From contig CAWEWK010000015.1 of the NCBI GenBank assembly GCA_963812755.1, positions 40,590 through 104,589 on the forward strand: a DNA stretch of 64,000 nucleotides. The letters run 5' to 3'. Under the pieces are notes generated by a model. That model saw only the letters and a list, made by a program, of their open reading frames with translations, was not told where the DNA came from and ran no database searches. The DNA is from an uncultured Gemmatimonadales bacterium (GTDB lineage Bacteria > Gemmatimonadota > Gemmatimonadetes > Gemmatimonadales > GWC2-71-9). The translations under genes were made by a program, and so were the position numbers. Below are positions 1 through 7,587 of the stretch, piece after piece (position 1 is the first letter of the stretch; each line of letters begins with the position of its first letter).

Positions 1-248
1 TCTTCGACCGATAGACGGGCATTCACCTTATATGGCCCGGGGCCGGCGTTCCCGGTCTTGACGTAGACCCGTATGAACGTCGGCTTGTTCGCGACCAGGG
101 GAACACCATTGGCAATCGAGGTCTGCACCGCCTGGACGAACTCGATGCCGGTGATGCAGTAATCGCTGCACTTCGGTCTGCACGACGCCAGCGCGAGTAC
201 CGTGACACCGATCGTCAGCGGGGCGTGCAGGAAAACCGCCGTTCTCAT
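1..248 (-). CDS. Secreted lipoprotein, N-terminal part (runs off window); resembles the N-terminal domain of M66-like secreted peptidases
   Basis: Not in the ORF track. Manual translation MRTAVFLHAPLTIGVTVLALASC-RPKCSDYCITGIEFVQAVQTSIANGVPLVANKPTFIRVYV...; lipobox LASC; AGGAG RBS just upstream. Family assignment is tentative. Confidence 0.7.
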   Translation of the reverse strand, partial: MRTAVFLHAPLTIGVTVLALASCRPKCSDYCITGIEFVQAVQTSIANGVPLVANKPTFIRVYVKTGNAGPGPYKVNARLSVE

Positions 249-329
249 GTCATCTCCTGTTAGTGGAGCGGTATGTCCTATAGCTACGCCCGATGTCGGT
301 GAGAAGTGCCTCAAATGTCTCGATCAAAC

Positions 330-365
330 GAATGCCGCCCCCTTGAGGGCGGCATTCTGGTTTTG
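330..365. terminator. Rho-independent terminator-like hairpin
   Basis: GAATGCCGCCC-ccttga-GGGCGGCATTC, 11-bp perfect stem; TTTT follows on +, GTTT follows on -; lies downstream of the 385..726 ORF. Confidence 0.65.
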
Positions 366-384
366 CTCGAGAAGCTGAGTCGCC

Positions 385-726
385 TCAGTCACACACGCCT
401 GGACGCAGGCCCCCGACCGTGTTCTTCATGTATGTGAGCGCACTCTGGATGTCGCTTCTGAGGAAGTAGTTCTGCTGAGGCGAGCCTACCTCCGGGTCAA
501 TTTCCCAGCCGATGAGCCCACAGCCTTGATCGCTGCCGATGGCCGCGATTGCGTCTGCTACTTCCCGGACCTCGGCGGATGTCATCGCACAGTTGTGGCT
601 AGTGGGGTTGTCGGGCTTGGCGCAGCCGGCGACCTCCCGCCCGCCGTTGAGCAGGTTGAACCCGTACATCAGCCCGAGCCCGACCTGCTGGCCTGCACTC
701 AGGTTGGCCTCGAAGTACTGTTGCAT
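385..726 (-). pseudogene. 3' remnant of a hypothetical protein gene
   Basis: Protein-like segment MQQYFEANLSAGQQVGLGLMYGFNLLNGG...YFLRSDIQSAL; its upstream sequence is a truncated attC-like site, with no RBS or N-terminus. Confidence 0.45.
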
Positions 727-808
727 GCGGAAGGCCGCAAGGTCTGAAATGGGACAAGGAGGGACCCAAATGCGACAGAGGCCGACAGCTGCATTGCGCG
801 GGTTAGGT
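727..808 (-). mobile_element. attC-like site, left part (RYYYAAC box plus L box), right end missing
   Basis: Minus strand ACCTAAC-CCGCGC-AATGCAGCTGTCGGCC...GGCCTTCCGCA; the TAA within ACCTAAC is the stop codon of the upstream MmcQ/YjbR gene. Confidence 0.65.
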
Positions 809-1173
809 GGCGCGCCGCTTCGTACTCCGAAGGTGCTGTGCGTCGTATGCCGCCCGCATCCGCTTGGGCGCGACCTGCCGCCAAGCCTCCTCCAGCACTC
901 CCGCCAGCTGCCGGCGCCCGATCCGTGACAGCCGTACCAGCACGATCGGGTACTCACGATAGTGATCAGTGATGAAGAAGATCTTCGGCTCGGCTTGCAG
1001 GAGGTACTCCCGGTTAATCGGACTCATCTTCACTGCTAGAATCTCCGGGTCATCCCGGAGCCAGGCCATCAGTTTGCCCTTCACCCTGAGCGCCGGGGCG
1101 CTGGCATCACCACCCTTTCCACGTTGGGAAGTCCGCGAGCCAGATCTCGGACTGTGTCGAAGCTCGGGCTCAT
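803..1173 (-). CDS. MmcQ/YjbR family DNA-binding protein (cassette-borne; 1-nt frameshift near 1115)
   Basis: N-terminus MSPSFDTVRDLARGLPNVE in one frame, then PALRVKGKLMAWL...FFITDHYREYPIVLVRL...LEEAWR in another. Confidence 0.75.
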
Positions 1174-1212
1174 CGGCAATCAGGGTCGTGCATCTCAGGG
1201 TTCGTCGCGTCC

Positions 1213-1240
1213 ACCTAATGGCTCGCGCATCAGCTGCAGA
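1213..1240 (-). mobile_element. Degenerate attC right half
   Basis: Minus strand CTGCAGCTGATGCGCGAGCC-ATTAGGT; the TTAGGT is complementary to the ACCTAA ending the downstream cassette at 803-808. Confidence 0.6.
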
Positions 1241-1255
1241 CTGCGCCCAGCGCGA

Positions 1256-1486
1256 TCAACGAAAAAGATGACCTAGCTTTCGCTTGAACTCGACCTTCCG
1301 GGCTTCAGGAGTGCCGTCCTCCAAACCCTTGCACTTGTGAGCCGCGTGCGCGTCCCAGCCCTCGGGCCACATCGCGAACTCCTTCTCCATGCAGGCCGGG
1401 CACAGCACGCGTTTGTGTACCAAGTCTGACGGACTGAGCACAGCAGCGTTCAGAATGGTGCCGGTTCTACTGAGTTGCGGCTTCAT
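1256..1486 (-). CDS. Small hypothetical protein with CPAC...HAAHKC putative Zn-binding motif (cassette-borne)
   Basis: 76-aa ORF, more AT-rich than its neighbours, preceded by GTTAGAC at 1529-1523. Confidence 0.65.
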   Translation of the reverse strand: MKPQLSRTGTILNAAVLSPSDLVHKRVLCPACMEKEFAMWPEGWDAHAAHKCKGLEDGTPEARKVEFKRKLGHLFR

Positions 1487-1522
1487 GCAGACACCAAGCC
1501 TCTCACGATACTGGTCGGCGAT

Positions 1523-1550
1523 GTCTAACGTCTTGCGCCTCTGCCTGCAC
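1523..1550 (-). mobile_element. attC right half
   Basis: Minus strand GTGCAGGCAGAGGCGCAAGAC-GTTAGAC (GTTRRRY core), similar to the 1213 and 2394 copies. Confidence 0.55.
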
Positions 1551-1707
1551 CGTCACTCGGCCGTGCTATCAATCTGGACATTGCCCAGCGAGTCGATCTC
1601 GACCCATGGTTCAAGGCGGCTGACGTCTCGAATTGAGGCGCTCCAGAGTTCGTGCGGTTCTTTAACGGATAGCGGCTGTAGCCTTTCGCCGCACGAGGAT
1701 CAAGACC

Positions 1708-2205
1708 TCAGAACGTCACCGGGTAGAGGGCGCCGCTCCCATCCATGTCGCCCGTATCGGCGTACGTCATCGGCTCCACGTCGTGAGCCAAGATGCGCCC
1801 ATCAATCACGCGGCCGAGCACCAGTTCATGATCCCCGCTCCGCATGCTGCCGCTCAATGCGCAGTCGAAGTACGCCAGCGCGTCCTCTAGAATGGGCGCA
1901 CCGTGCCGCCCCGGCCACCACCTCACCCCTGCCAGCTTGTCGTGGTCGCGCCCGGACTGCGTCCCAAACCGCCGCGCCAGCTCGAGCTGACCTCGCTTCA
2001 GCACGCTGATGGCAAATCCGCCGCCGCCGCGGAGGAGAGGATACGAGGCGTTTCCCGGGTTGATGCTCACTGCCAGCAGTAAGGGGTCGAACGACACCTG
2101 CATGACCCAGGCGGCGGTGAAGCCATCACGCCGTCCGGCATCCGCGACACCGACGACATACACACCGAGCGTGAGCTGGTGAAAGAGCGCTGCGATGTCA
2201 TTCAT
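1708..2205 (-). CDS. Flavin reductase family protein
   Basis: GVYVVG...FTAAWVMQVSFDPLLLAVSIN...GAPILEDALAYFDC...GDHELVLGRV. Confidence 0.9.
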   Translation of the reverse strand: MNDIAALFHQLTLGVYVVGVADAGRRDGFTAAWVMQVSFDPLLLAVSINPGNASYPLLRGGGGFAISVLKRGQLELARRFGTQSGRDHDKLAGVRWWPGRHGAPILEDALAYFDCALSGSMRSGDHELVLGRVIDGRILAHDVEPMTYADTGDMDGSGALYPVTF

Positions 2206-2364
2206 ACGCGCTCGCCCCGGAAGCGTGGACGACCTCATAATGCACCACGCCAACCTCCGGATCGATTAGACACTCGAGATCGTAAGGGTAGTAATGGGCT
2301 CGCTCGATGTCCGGACCAGCGTACGCCTCGTCGGTACCACGCCACGCCATACGCGCGCGATCAT
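2198..2364 (-). pseudogene. Internally deleted antibiotic-biosynthesis-monooxygenase-like (dimeric alpha/beta barrel) gene
   Basis: N-terminus MIARVWRGVVP joined out of frame to C-terminus YAGPDIERAHYYPYDLECLIDPEVGVVHYEV; its stop overlaps the flavin reductase start. Confidence 0.65.
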
Positions 2365-2393
2365 GTCCACATTCCTCGAAACCGGATGGTGTT

Positions 2394-2420
2394 GCCTACG
2401 ACATGCGCCTCAGCTGCAGG
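2394..2420 (-). mobile_element. Degenerate attC right half
   Basis: Minus strand CCTGCAGCTGAGGCGCATGTC-GTAGGC (GTTAGGC lacking one T). Confidence 0.55.
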
Positions 2421-2446
2421 CCCTCACGCTCGCGCCCTACCAACAA

Positions 2447-2632
2447 TCACTCCTTACAGCGGGTACAGTCCAGCGCCGTGCCGATCATGGCGGCCCGGCC
2501 CTCCGCCGTTTGCACCCAGGGCCGGACTTGCCATGGGGGCTCGTGCCGCACGTGCTGCAGATGGCCGCATTCCAGTTCGGCCACCCAATTCCCCTCGGAA
2601 TCTTCGTGAAATCCGACGATCCGCCGCCGCAT
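2447..2632 (-). CDS. DUF3565-like small Cys/His protein (cassette-borne)
   Basis: IVGFHEDSEGNWVAELECGHLQHVRHEPPWQVRPWV...LDCTRC; GGAGGT RBS; preceded by GTTAGGC at 2670-2664. Confidence 0.85.
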   Translation of the reverse strand: MRRRIVGFHEDSEGNWVAELECGHLQHVRHEPPWQVRPWVQTAEGRAAMIGTALDCTRCKE

Positions 2633-2663
2633 ACCTCCCCCGGCGAGATCTTCGTACGGGTGT

Positions 2664-2770
2664 GCCTAACGGCTAAGAGTCAGCGTCCCTAGTCGGCGTG
2701 TGCCAACGCCTCACTGCCGTTGGCGGCCCTGACAACAGATCAAGCAAAAACTAGACGCTGGGCGGGAGCC
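2664..2770 (-). mobile_element. First recombination site of the array (degenerate attC or attI-like)
   Basis: GTTAGGC core plus an imperfect inverted repeat CAGCGTC[CC]TAGT...ACTAGACGCTG and an inner GCCAACG/CGTTGGC stem; the partner RYYYAAC box is absent. Confidence 0.45.
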
Positions 2771-2924
2771 TGGCTATATGAGTGCCGAGCCCGCTCGCGT
2801 CGACCGCCCACCCGATGCCCGACTGTTCGACCCCAGTCGCCTACAGAAAAACGACACCGCCGCCGACAGTCGCGACTATCGGCCGCGGCTCATGCGTCCG
2901 TGATCCGGAGTGATCGGCTCCGGG

Positions 2925-3629
2925 TCACGCGGCCGGCCTCACCTCTCCAGGGCCGGTTCCACCTTCACCCGGCACTGGCGCAGTATCCGAGGTTCCGCGC
3001 GGCACTCTCAGCACCATACTGACACTGAGCCACGCACCCAGCAGCTTCCCGTCGTTTTGGTACCGCTGCCGGTTTCTGCCGTCCATCACCCGCACGGTCT
3101 GCACGATCTCGGCAGCCACCCGTTTCAGCTCCCGAGTCGCCCCGATGTGCGAGGCCCGCCCGTCGTGCCCCAGCGCCACGGCCACATCGAACTGGTCCAG
3201 CATCTGGACGAACTGCTCCAGCACCGACTCCGACAGGCCGTGCTTCACCAGCACTTCGCGATGGGTCTGCGCCTCGGTCGCCATACTCCGCGCCGCGGTC
3301 CGAAAGGCGAGCAAGGTGGACGCCCCCGGCTTGAACCTGAAGGTCTTCCCCAGCTCGTGCTCCTCGCTGGCGGCCCCGCGACCCACCTGGGCCAGGTGAG
3401 CGATCGGCACGTTCAGCATCGCTTGCCGCAGCTGTCGCTTCCGCGCCGCGGCGGCGCGCACATCGATGAATCCGTCCCGCTGCGCGGCTGCGAGCTGCTC
3501 CGCCTGACCCACCAGCTGCGCCAGCTTGGCTGCGGCGACACCGTAGCCCGCGTCGGTGTCGGGGTTCGCGCGACTGAACTCCAGCGCGCGAGTCCCCATC
3601 TCGATCTTCCTACGTGACATCCCGTCCAT
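2925..3629 (-). CDS. Hypothetical alpha-helical protein (234 aa)
   Basis: GGAGGA RBS before ATG 3629; Ala/Arg-rich amphipathic sequence MDGMSRRKIEMGTRALEFSRANP...LLGAWLSVS; no catalytic motif recognised. Confidence 0.8.
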   Translation of the reverse strand: MDGMSRRKIEMGTRALEFSRANPDTDAGYGVAAAKLAQLVGQAEQLAAAQRDGFIDVRAAAARKRQLRQAMLNVPIAHLAQVGRGAASEEHELGKTFRFKPGASTLLAFRTAARSMATEAQTHREVLVKHGLSESVLEQFVQMLDQFDVAVALGHDGRASHIGATRELKRVAAEIVQTVRVMDGRNRQRYQNDGKLLGAWLSVSMVLRVPRGTSDTAPVPGEGGTGPGEVRPAA

Positions 3630-3742
3630 ACGTCCTCCTGCTGTGTCGGCCGGAGGACGGCCGGGCATCCGCCGGCACCAGTGAGACTGCTGATGAATAA
3701 ATGAAAGACCAAACCGGTCGCACCCGGTCGCGTACCGGTCGC

Positions 3743-3931
3743 GAGCTGGAGAACGCATCGAGCATGCCAGCCCTTGCACTAACAGAGCTGCTGCATGTCG
3801 CGCTTAGCCTGCGGTCGAATCGATTCCACCTGGCTCACCCGGTCGGAAACCTGGGCCGTTCACCCGAAGAGCTGGGACTCGCTGAATCAGAGCTGCTTCG
3901 TTTTCGGTAAGAGCAGTCGCGCGCGCATGCG
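3743..3931. repeat. Degenerate 21-bp periodic array (9 units)
   Basis: Units at 3743, 3764, 3785, 3806, 3827, 3848, 3869, 3890 and 3911 begin gagCTG, atgCCA, gagCTG, agcCTG, cacCTG, aacCTG, gagCTG, gagCTG, gagCAG. Confidence 0.65.
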
Positions 3932-4220
3932 TCTTGGCGCCTGCGCGCCTCGAGCCGCAACGTTTGCCTTTCCGCACGCGTCACCCCGGGTCACTGATCG
4001 CGCAAGCGCGACTGGTGACGCCCCATAGCCCACAACTCCCGAGTCGATCGCGGATTTTTCTAGCCCGTCCGGCGCAGCAGAGCTCGAGCGAGTCGCGCGG
4101 GTCGCGCGCACCGAACACGAATCATGGCAAACGAGTCTGAGAGGCACGCGCCCGCGCTCGGCTTGGAGCAATGGTGGACGGGATCCGGGCGATGCTATGC
4201 GATGATGGGACGCTGAAGCC

Positions 4221-4325
4221 GAGAACCGCGCGTTCGGATCTGAGAATCGGACGTTCGAGTCAGATGATCGAGCGATCGGCTCTTATGATCGACCGTTCGC
4301 AGCAGAGAGAGTCCCGACCGAAGCC
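4221..4325. repeat. Second degenerate 21-bp tandem array (5 units)
   Basis: gagaaccgcgcgttcggatct / gagaatcggacgttcgagtca / gatgatcgagcgatcggctct / tatgatcgaccgttcgcagca / gagagagtcccgaccgaagcc. Confidence 0.7.
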
Positions 4326-4377
4326 CGCGAACTGTCCACTTTCGAGGCCGCTCAGCCCAATCCTCCCCGCATTAGGG

Positions 4378-4411
4378 TTGACAACGGCATCGGTAAGTTG
4401 AAACTTACGGT
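4378..4411 (+). promoter_or_regulatory. Promoter with palindromic ArsR-type operator
   Basis: TTGACA at 4378-4383 and GTAAGTT-ga-AACTTAC inverted repeat at 4393-4408, just before the ATG at 4417. Confidence 0.6.
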
Positions 4412-4416
4412 TACCC

Positions 4417-4731
4417 ATGGCTACCGAATCGGATGTTTGGACTGCTTTGGGCGACTCGACGAGGCGGGCGATTTTCGAGCGTCTTGCTGACCGCTCCTGG
4501 ACGGTCGGCGAGCTCGCCGCGGAGTTCCCGGTCAGTCGCCCGGCGGTCTCTCAGCACCTGAAGGTGCTGAAGGACGCTGGGCTGGTAGTCGACCAGGCGG
4601 CCGGCACTCGCCGCATCTACCAACTCAACCCAGCCGGCGTGGACGCCCTTCGCCGCCAACTCGACCGGTACTGGAACAGAGCCCTCGCAACCTTCAAGCA
4701 GATCGCCGAGCAACCAGAGGAGGCCTCATGA
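4417..4731 (+). CDS. ArsR/SmtB family transcriptional regulator
   Basis: ALGDSTRRAIFERL...VGELAAEFPVSRPAVSQHLKVLKDAGLV winged HTH. Confidence 0.95.
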   Translation: MATESDVWTALGDSTRRAIFERLADRSWTVGELAAEFPVSRPAVSQHLKVLKDAGLVVDQAAGTRRIYQLNPAGVDALRRQLDRYWNRALATFKQIAEQPEEAS

Positions 4732-5207
4732 CCACTGAAACCAAGGACACGTCTGTACGGACCCAGATCGTCGTCGCGGTACCCATCGAGCGGGCGTTCC
4801 GAGTCTTCACCGAGGAATTCGACCGCATCAAGCCGCGGGAGCACAACCTGCTCGCCGTCGACATCGCCGAGACGGTGTTCGAGCCGCGCGTGGGTGGTCA
4901 TGTCTATGACCGCGGCGTGGATGGGAGTGAGTGCCGTTGGGCCCGCGTCCTCGCCTACGAGCCCCCTCACCGGGTCGTGATCGGCTGGCTGATCAATCCG
5001 CAGTGGCAACTCGAGACGAATCCCGAGAAAACCAGCGAGGTCGAGGTCCGCTTCGTTGCCGAGAGCCCCAAACGCACGCGGGTCGAGCTCGAGCACCGAA
5101 ACCTCGACCGGCATGGCGAGGGTTGGGAGGCGGCGCGCGACGCCGTCCGCGACGAGGGCGGCTGGCCGCTCTACTTGCAACGGTTTGGCGACCTGCTAAA
5201 GGAATGA
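4728..5207 (+). CDS. SRPBCC/AHSA1-like protein
   Basis: ERAFRVFTE...FEPRVGG...RVLAYEPPHRVV...SEVEVRF...GGWP; ATGA overlap with ArsR. Confidence 0.92.
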   Translation: MTTETKDTSVRTQIVVAVPIERAFRVFTEEFDRIKPREHNLLAVDIAETVFEPRVGGHVYDRGVDGSECRWARVLAYEPPHRVVIGWLINPQWQLETNPEKTSEVEVRFVAESPKRTRVELEHRNLDRHGEGWEAARDAVRDEGGWPLYLQRFGDLLKE

Positions 5208-5220
5208 GAGCAACTGGCGT

Positions 5221-5268
5221 TGTCATCCCGAGCAGCGCGGTAGATCCCTCGCTTCGCTCGGGATGACA
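5221..5268. repeat. REP-like palindrome (internally shortened copy)
   Basis: TGTCATCCCGAGC...GTAGATCCCTCGCTTCGCTCGGGATGACA; right arm identical to the 20221 copy; between convergent genes. Confidence 0.8.
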
Positions 5269-5269
5269 C

Positions 5270-6562
5270 TCACTCCAGTCCCACCCGCTTGCCGTCCTTC
5301 AGCACCAGCTTCACGCGCCGCAGCGCGCTGATCTCCCGGGTAGGGTCACCCTCGACCGCGACCAAGTCGGCCAGCATTCCGGGAGCGATTTTCCCCAGCC
5401 GGTCATCCAGGTGCAGGATGCCGGCATTCCCGCTGGTGGCGGCGCGGAGAGCGGCGAGCGGCGTCATCCCGTATTCCACTAATAGCTCCAATTCCCGCAC
5501 GTTCTCCCCGTGGGGAAAGACGCCCACATCCCCGCCGAAGCAGATCGGGACCCCCGCCTCCAGCGCGGCGCGGAAGCTGGCCCGCTTGGTCACCAGGTCC
5601 GGCGTAGGCGCGTCCCTGCCCTTCACCCACCCGCTGAAGTACAGCGCGTAGGCCTCGCTGGCGGCGAGGGTGGGACAGAGCGCGACCTTTCGCTGCCGCA
5701 TCAGGCGGAAGACTTCCGGCGTTCCCTCGTCGCCGTGCTCGATGGTCTCCACCCCGGCCAGCACCGCCCGGCGCATCCCCTCGGCCGTCGTCGCATGGGC
5801 CGCCACCGGCCGTCCGCTTCCCCGCGCGGTCTCCACCAGCACTCGCAGCTCCTCCTGAGTGAACGTCGGCCGGGCCTCCCCCTTCGGGCCCCAGCGGTAG
5901 TCCGCGTAGACCTTGATCCAGTCGGCCCCATGCCCGATCTGGTCTCGCACCACTCGCGCGATCTGCTCCACCCCGGTCGCCTCCTCCGCGCCCTGGAGCG
6001 GATCGAAGGAATAGGCGGTGCGACTGGGAGCGTAGCTTCCGGTCGCGACGATGGCGCGGGTCGTCGCCAGAATCCGGGGGCCGGGCACGATTCCCTGCTC
6101 GATCGCCCGCCGGAGCTGGACGTCGAAGTCCCAGGCGCCTTCGGTGCCGAGCTCCCGCTCGGTGGTGATGCCGGCGCGGAGCGTACGCTCGGCGTGCGAC
6201 ACCGCCCGAGCCATGCGCAGGGCCGGCGGCTCCTTCAGGACCTGGTCGTCCCACAGGGCTTCGTTGTACGGGTGCAGGAAGAGATGGGAATGTCCTTCGA
6301 TCAGTCCGGGGATGAGCGTAGTATTCGGTAGCTCGAGACGCTGCGCGTTCTGTGGAATGGTGACCCGCCCCACCGGTCCCACCGCCGCGATCCGCGAACC
6401 TTGCACCACCACTACCCAGCCGACCTGCGGGGCATCCGCGATCCCGTCCCACACGGCACGAGGAACCAGTACCAGCGGTGGCGCTGCCGGCGCCTCCTGC
6501 GCCCGAGCGGTCGCAGTGGCTGCAACGAGGAATGCAAGGCAGCGGAGTAATTGCCGGCTCAT
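5270..6562 (-). CDS. Secreted amidohydrolase family protein (Xaa-Pro dipeptidase-like)
   Basis: Signal peptide ending ARA-Q; [35 protein letters not shown] motifs. Confidence 0.92.
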   Translation of the reverse strand: MSRQLLRCLAFLVAATATARAQEAPAAPPLVLVPRAVWDGIADAPQVGWVVVVQGSRIAAVGPVGRVTIPQNAQRLELPNTTLIPGLIEGHSHLFLHPYNEALWDDQVLKEPPALRMARAVSHAERTLRAGITTERELGTEGAWDFDVQLRRAIEQGIVPGPRILATTRAIVATGSYAPSRTAYSFDPLQGAEEATGVEQIARVVRDQIGHGADWIKVYADYRWGPKGEARPTFTQEELRVLVETARGSGRPVAAHATTAEGMRRAVLAGVETIEHGDEGTPEVFRLMRQRKVALCPTLAASEAYALYFSGWVKGRDAPTPDLVTKRASFRAALEAGVPICFGGDVGVFPHGENVRELELLVEYGMTPLAALRAATSGNAGILHLDDRLGKIAPGMLADLVAVEGDPTREISALRRVKLVLKDGKRVGLE

Positions 6563-6610
6563 GTTTTTTATACCTTTGGTTGGAAGAATGTCATCCCGCC
6601 GTAAGCAACC

Positions 6611-6659
6611 AATAGCTGATAGCTGATAGCCGATAGCCCACAGCCCATAGCCCATAGCA
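6611..6659. repeat. Heptamer tandem repeat (7 units)
   Basis: aatagct gatagct gatagcc gatagcc cacagcc catagcc catagca. Confidence 0.85.
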
Positions 6660-6676
6660 CCCCCCGAACGGGGGGT
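6659..6676. promoter_or_regulatory. Palindromic box, putative NarL-type regulator site
   Basis: ACCCCCCG-AA-CGGGGGGT in a divergent intergenic region; the motif recurs in other intergenic regions. Confidence 0.55.
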
Positions 6677-6771
6677 AAAAAAACTCCCCATCCCGGGAAT
6701 ACCCGCCGCAGCGCCGGAACCTCACCTTATCCAGCAGGCGATCAGACTCTGGAACGAAGGTGAGGATCAAC

Positions 6772-7587
6772 ATGCAGATGCTGAGCAGCGAACGGGAAGC
6801 TCGCTATTGGCAGCCGGTTCGGGGAAGTTCCGACTTCTTGTGCGAGCGCTTCGAGGGAGGATCGGGTCAGCCGCACATCCACGATGAATGGCAGATCGCG
6901 GTGGCGGAGGATCTCGCGACTCTCTCGCTCGGCGCCTACCGGCGTTACCCGCTGAGACCCGGCGACGTCGCCGTGGTCCCACCCCACGACGTCCATGGCG
7001 AGGCCGGCGGGGTCACCTGGAACATCCTGTATGTCGCTCGGGCGGTGATGCCCTGCTCACCCTTCCAGCGTCCGGTGATTTCCGACCCCGATGCCGCCGC
7101 GGAGTTTCTTGCCCTCCTGCGCCAGAGCGATGAGGGAAGCCTCGAGGGGGCGGAGTTTGTGGCCCGCGCCACCGATTGGCTTCGTCGCCTCCACCAGCGG
7201 CACACCGGAGCGAGCCGGCCTCCTTCGAGGGCTCGCCGGGAGCGTCCCGCGGTCGAGCGCACCCGGGTGTTCCTCCGGCAACGGCCCACCGAGCCGGTGA
7301 GCCTGGCTGATGCCGTGGCGGTCGCCGGAGTCGCACCCTCCCACCTGGTCCGGTCGTTCTCCCGCGAGGTCGGCCTGCCGCCCAAGAGCTATCACGCTCA
7401 AGTGCGTCTGGCGCTGGCCCGGAGGCTCCTGGCCGAAGGGAAGCCGGCGACCTGGGTGGCCTACGAGTGCGGGTTCGCCGATCAATCCCATCTGAGCCGG
7501 CGGTTCAAGCAGTGCTATGGTCTCACGCCCGGCGAGTTCCAGGCCCAATGCCGGCGGGCGGGCTCAGAGGGTTCTCACGCGGCATGA
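6772..7587 (+). CDS. AraC family transcriptional regulator
   Basis: Cupin PHIHDEW...HDVH; C-terminal HLVRSFSREVGLPP...VAYECGFADQSHLSRRFK. Confidence 0.95.
   Translation: MQMLSSEREARYWQPVRGSSDFLCERFEGGSGQPHIHDEWQIAVAEDLATLSLGAYRRYPLRPGDVAVVPPHDVHGEAGGVTWNILYVARAVMPCSPFQRPVISDPDAAAEFLALLRQSDEGSLEGAEFVARATDWLRRLHQRHTGASRPPSRARRERPAVERTRVFLRQRPTEPVSLADAVAVAGVAPSHLVRSFSREVGLPPKSYHAQVRLALARRLLAEGKPATWVAYECGFADQSHLSRRFKQCYGLTPGEFQAQCRRAGSEGSHAA

Noticed and set aside
3743-4325. 21-bp arrays as a CRISPR array
   Set aside because: No identical repeats with unique spacers, the period is too short, and there are no cas genes.
2770-4400. Integron integrase next to the cassette array
   Set aside because: The adjacent 234-aa protein lacks tyrosine-recombinase R-H-R-Y motifs, and no other suitable ORF is present.
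6659-6683. GC hairpin plus A7 tract as a terminator
   Set aside because: The T-tract would precede the stem on the minus strand and is absent on the plus strand; the site is in a divergent region and matches the recurring box.
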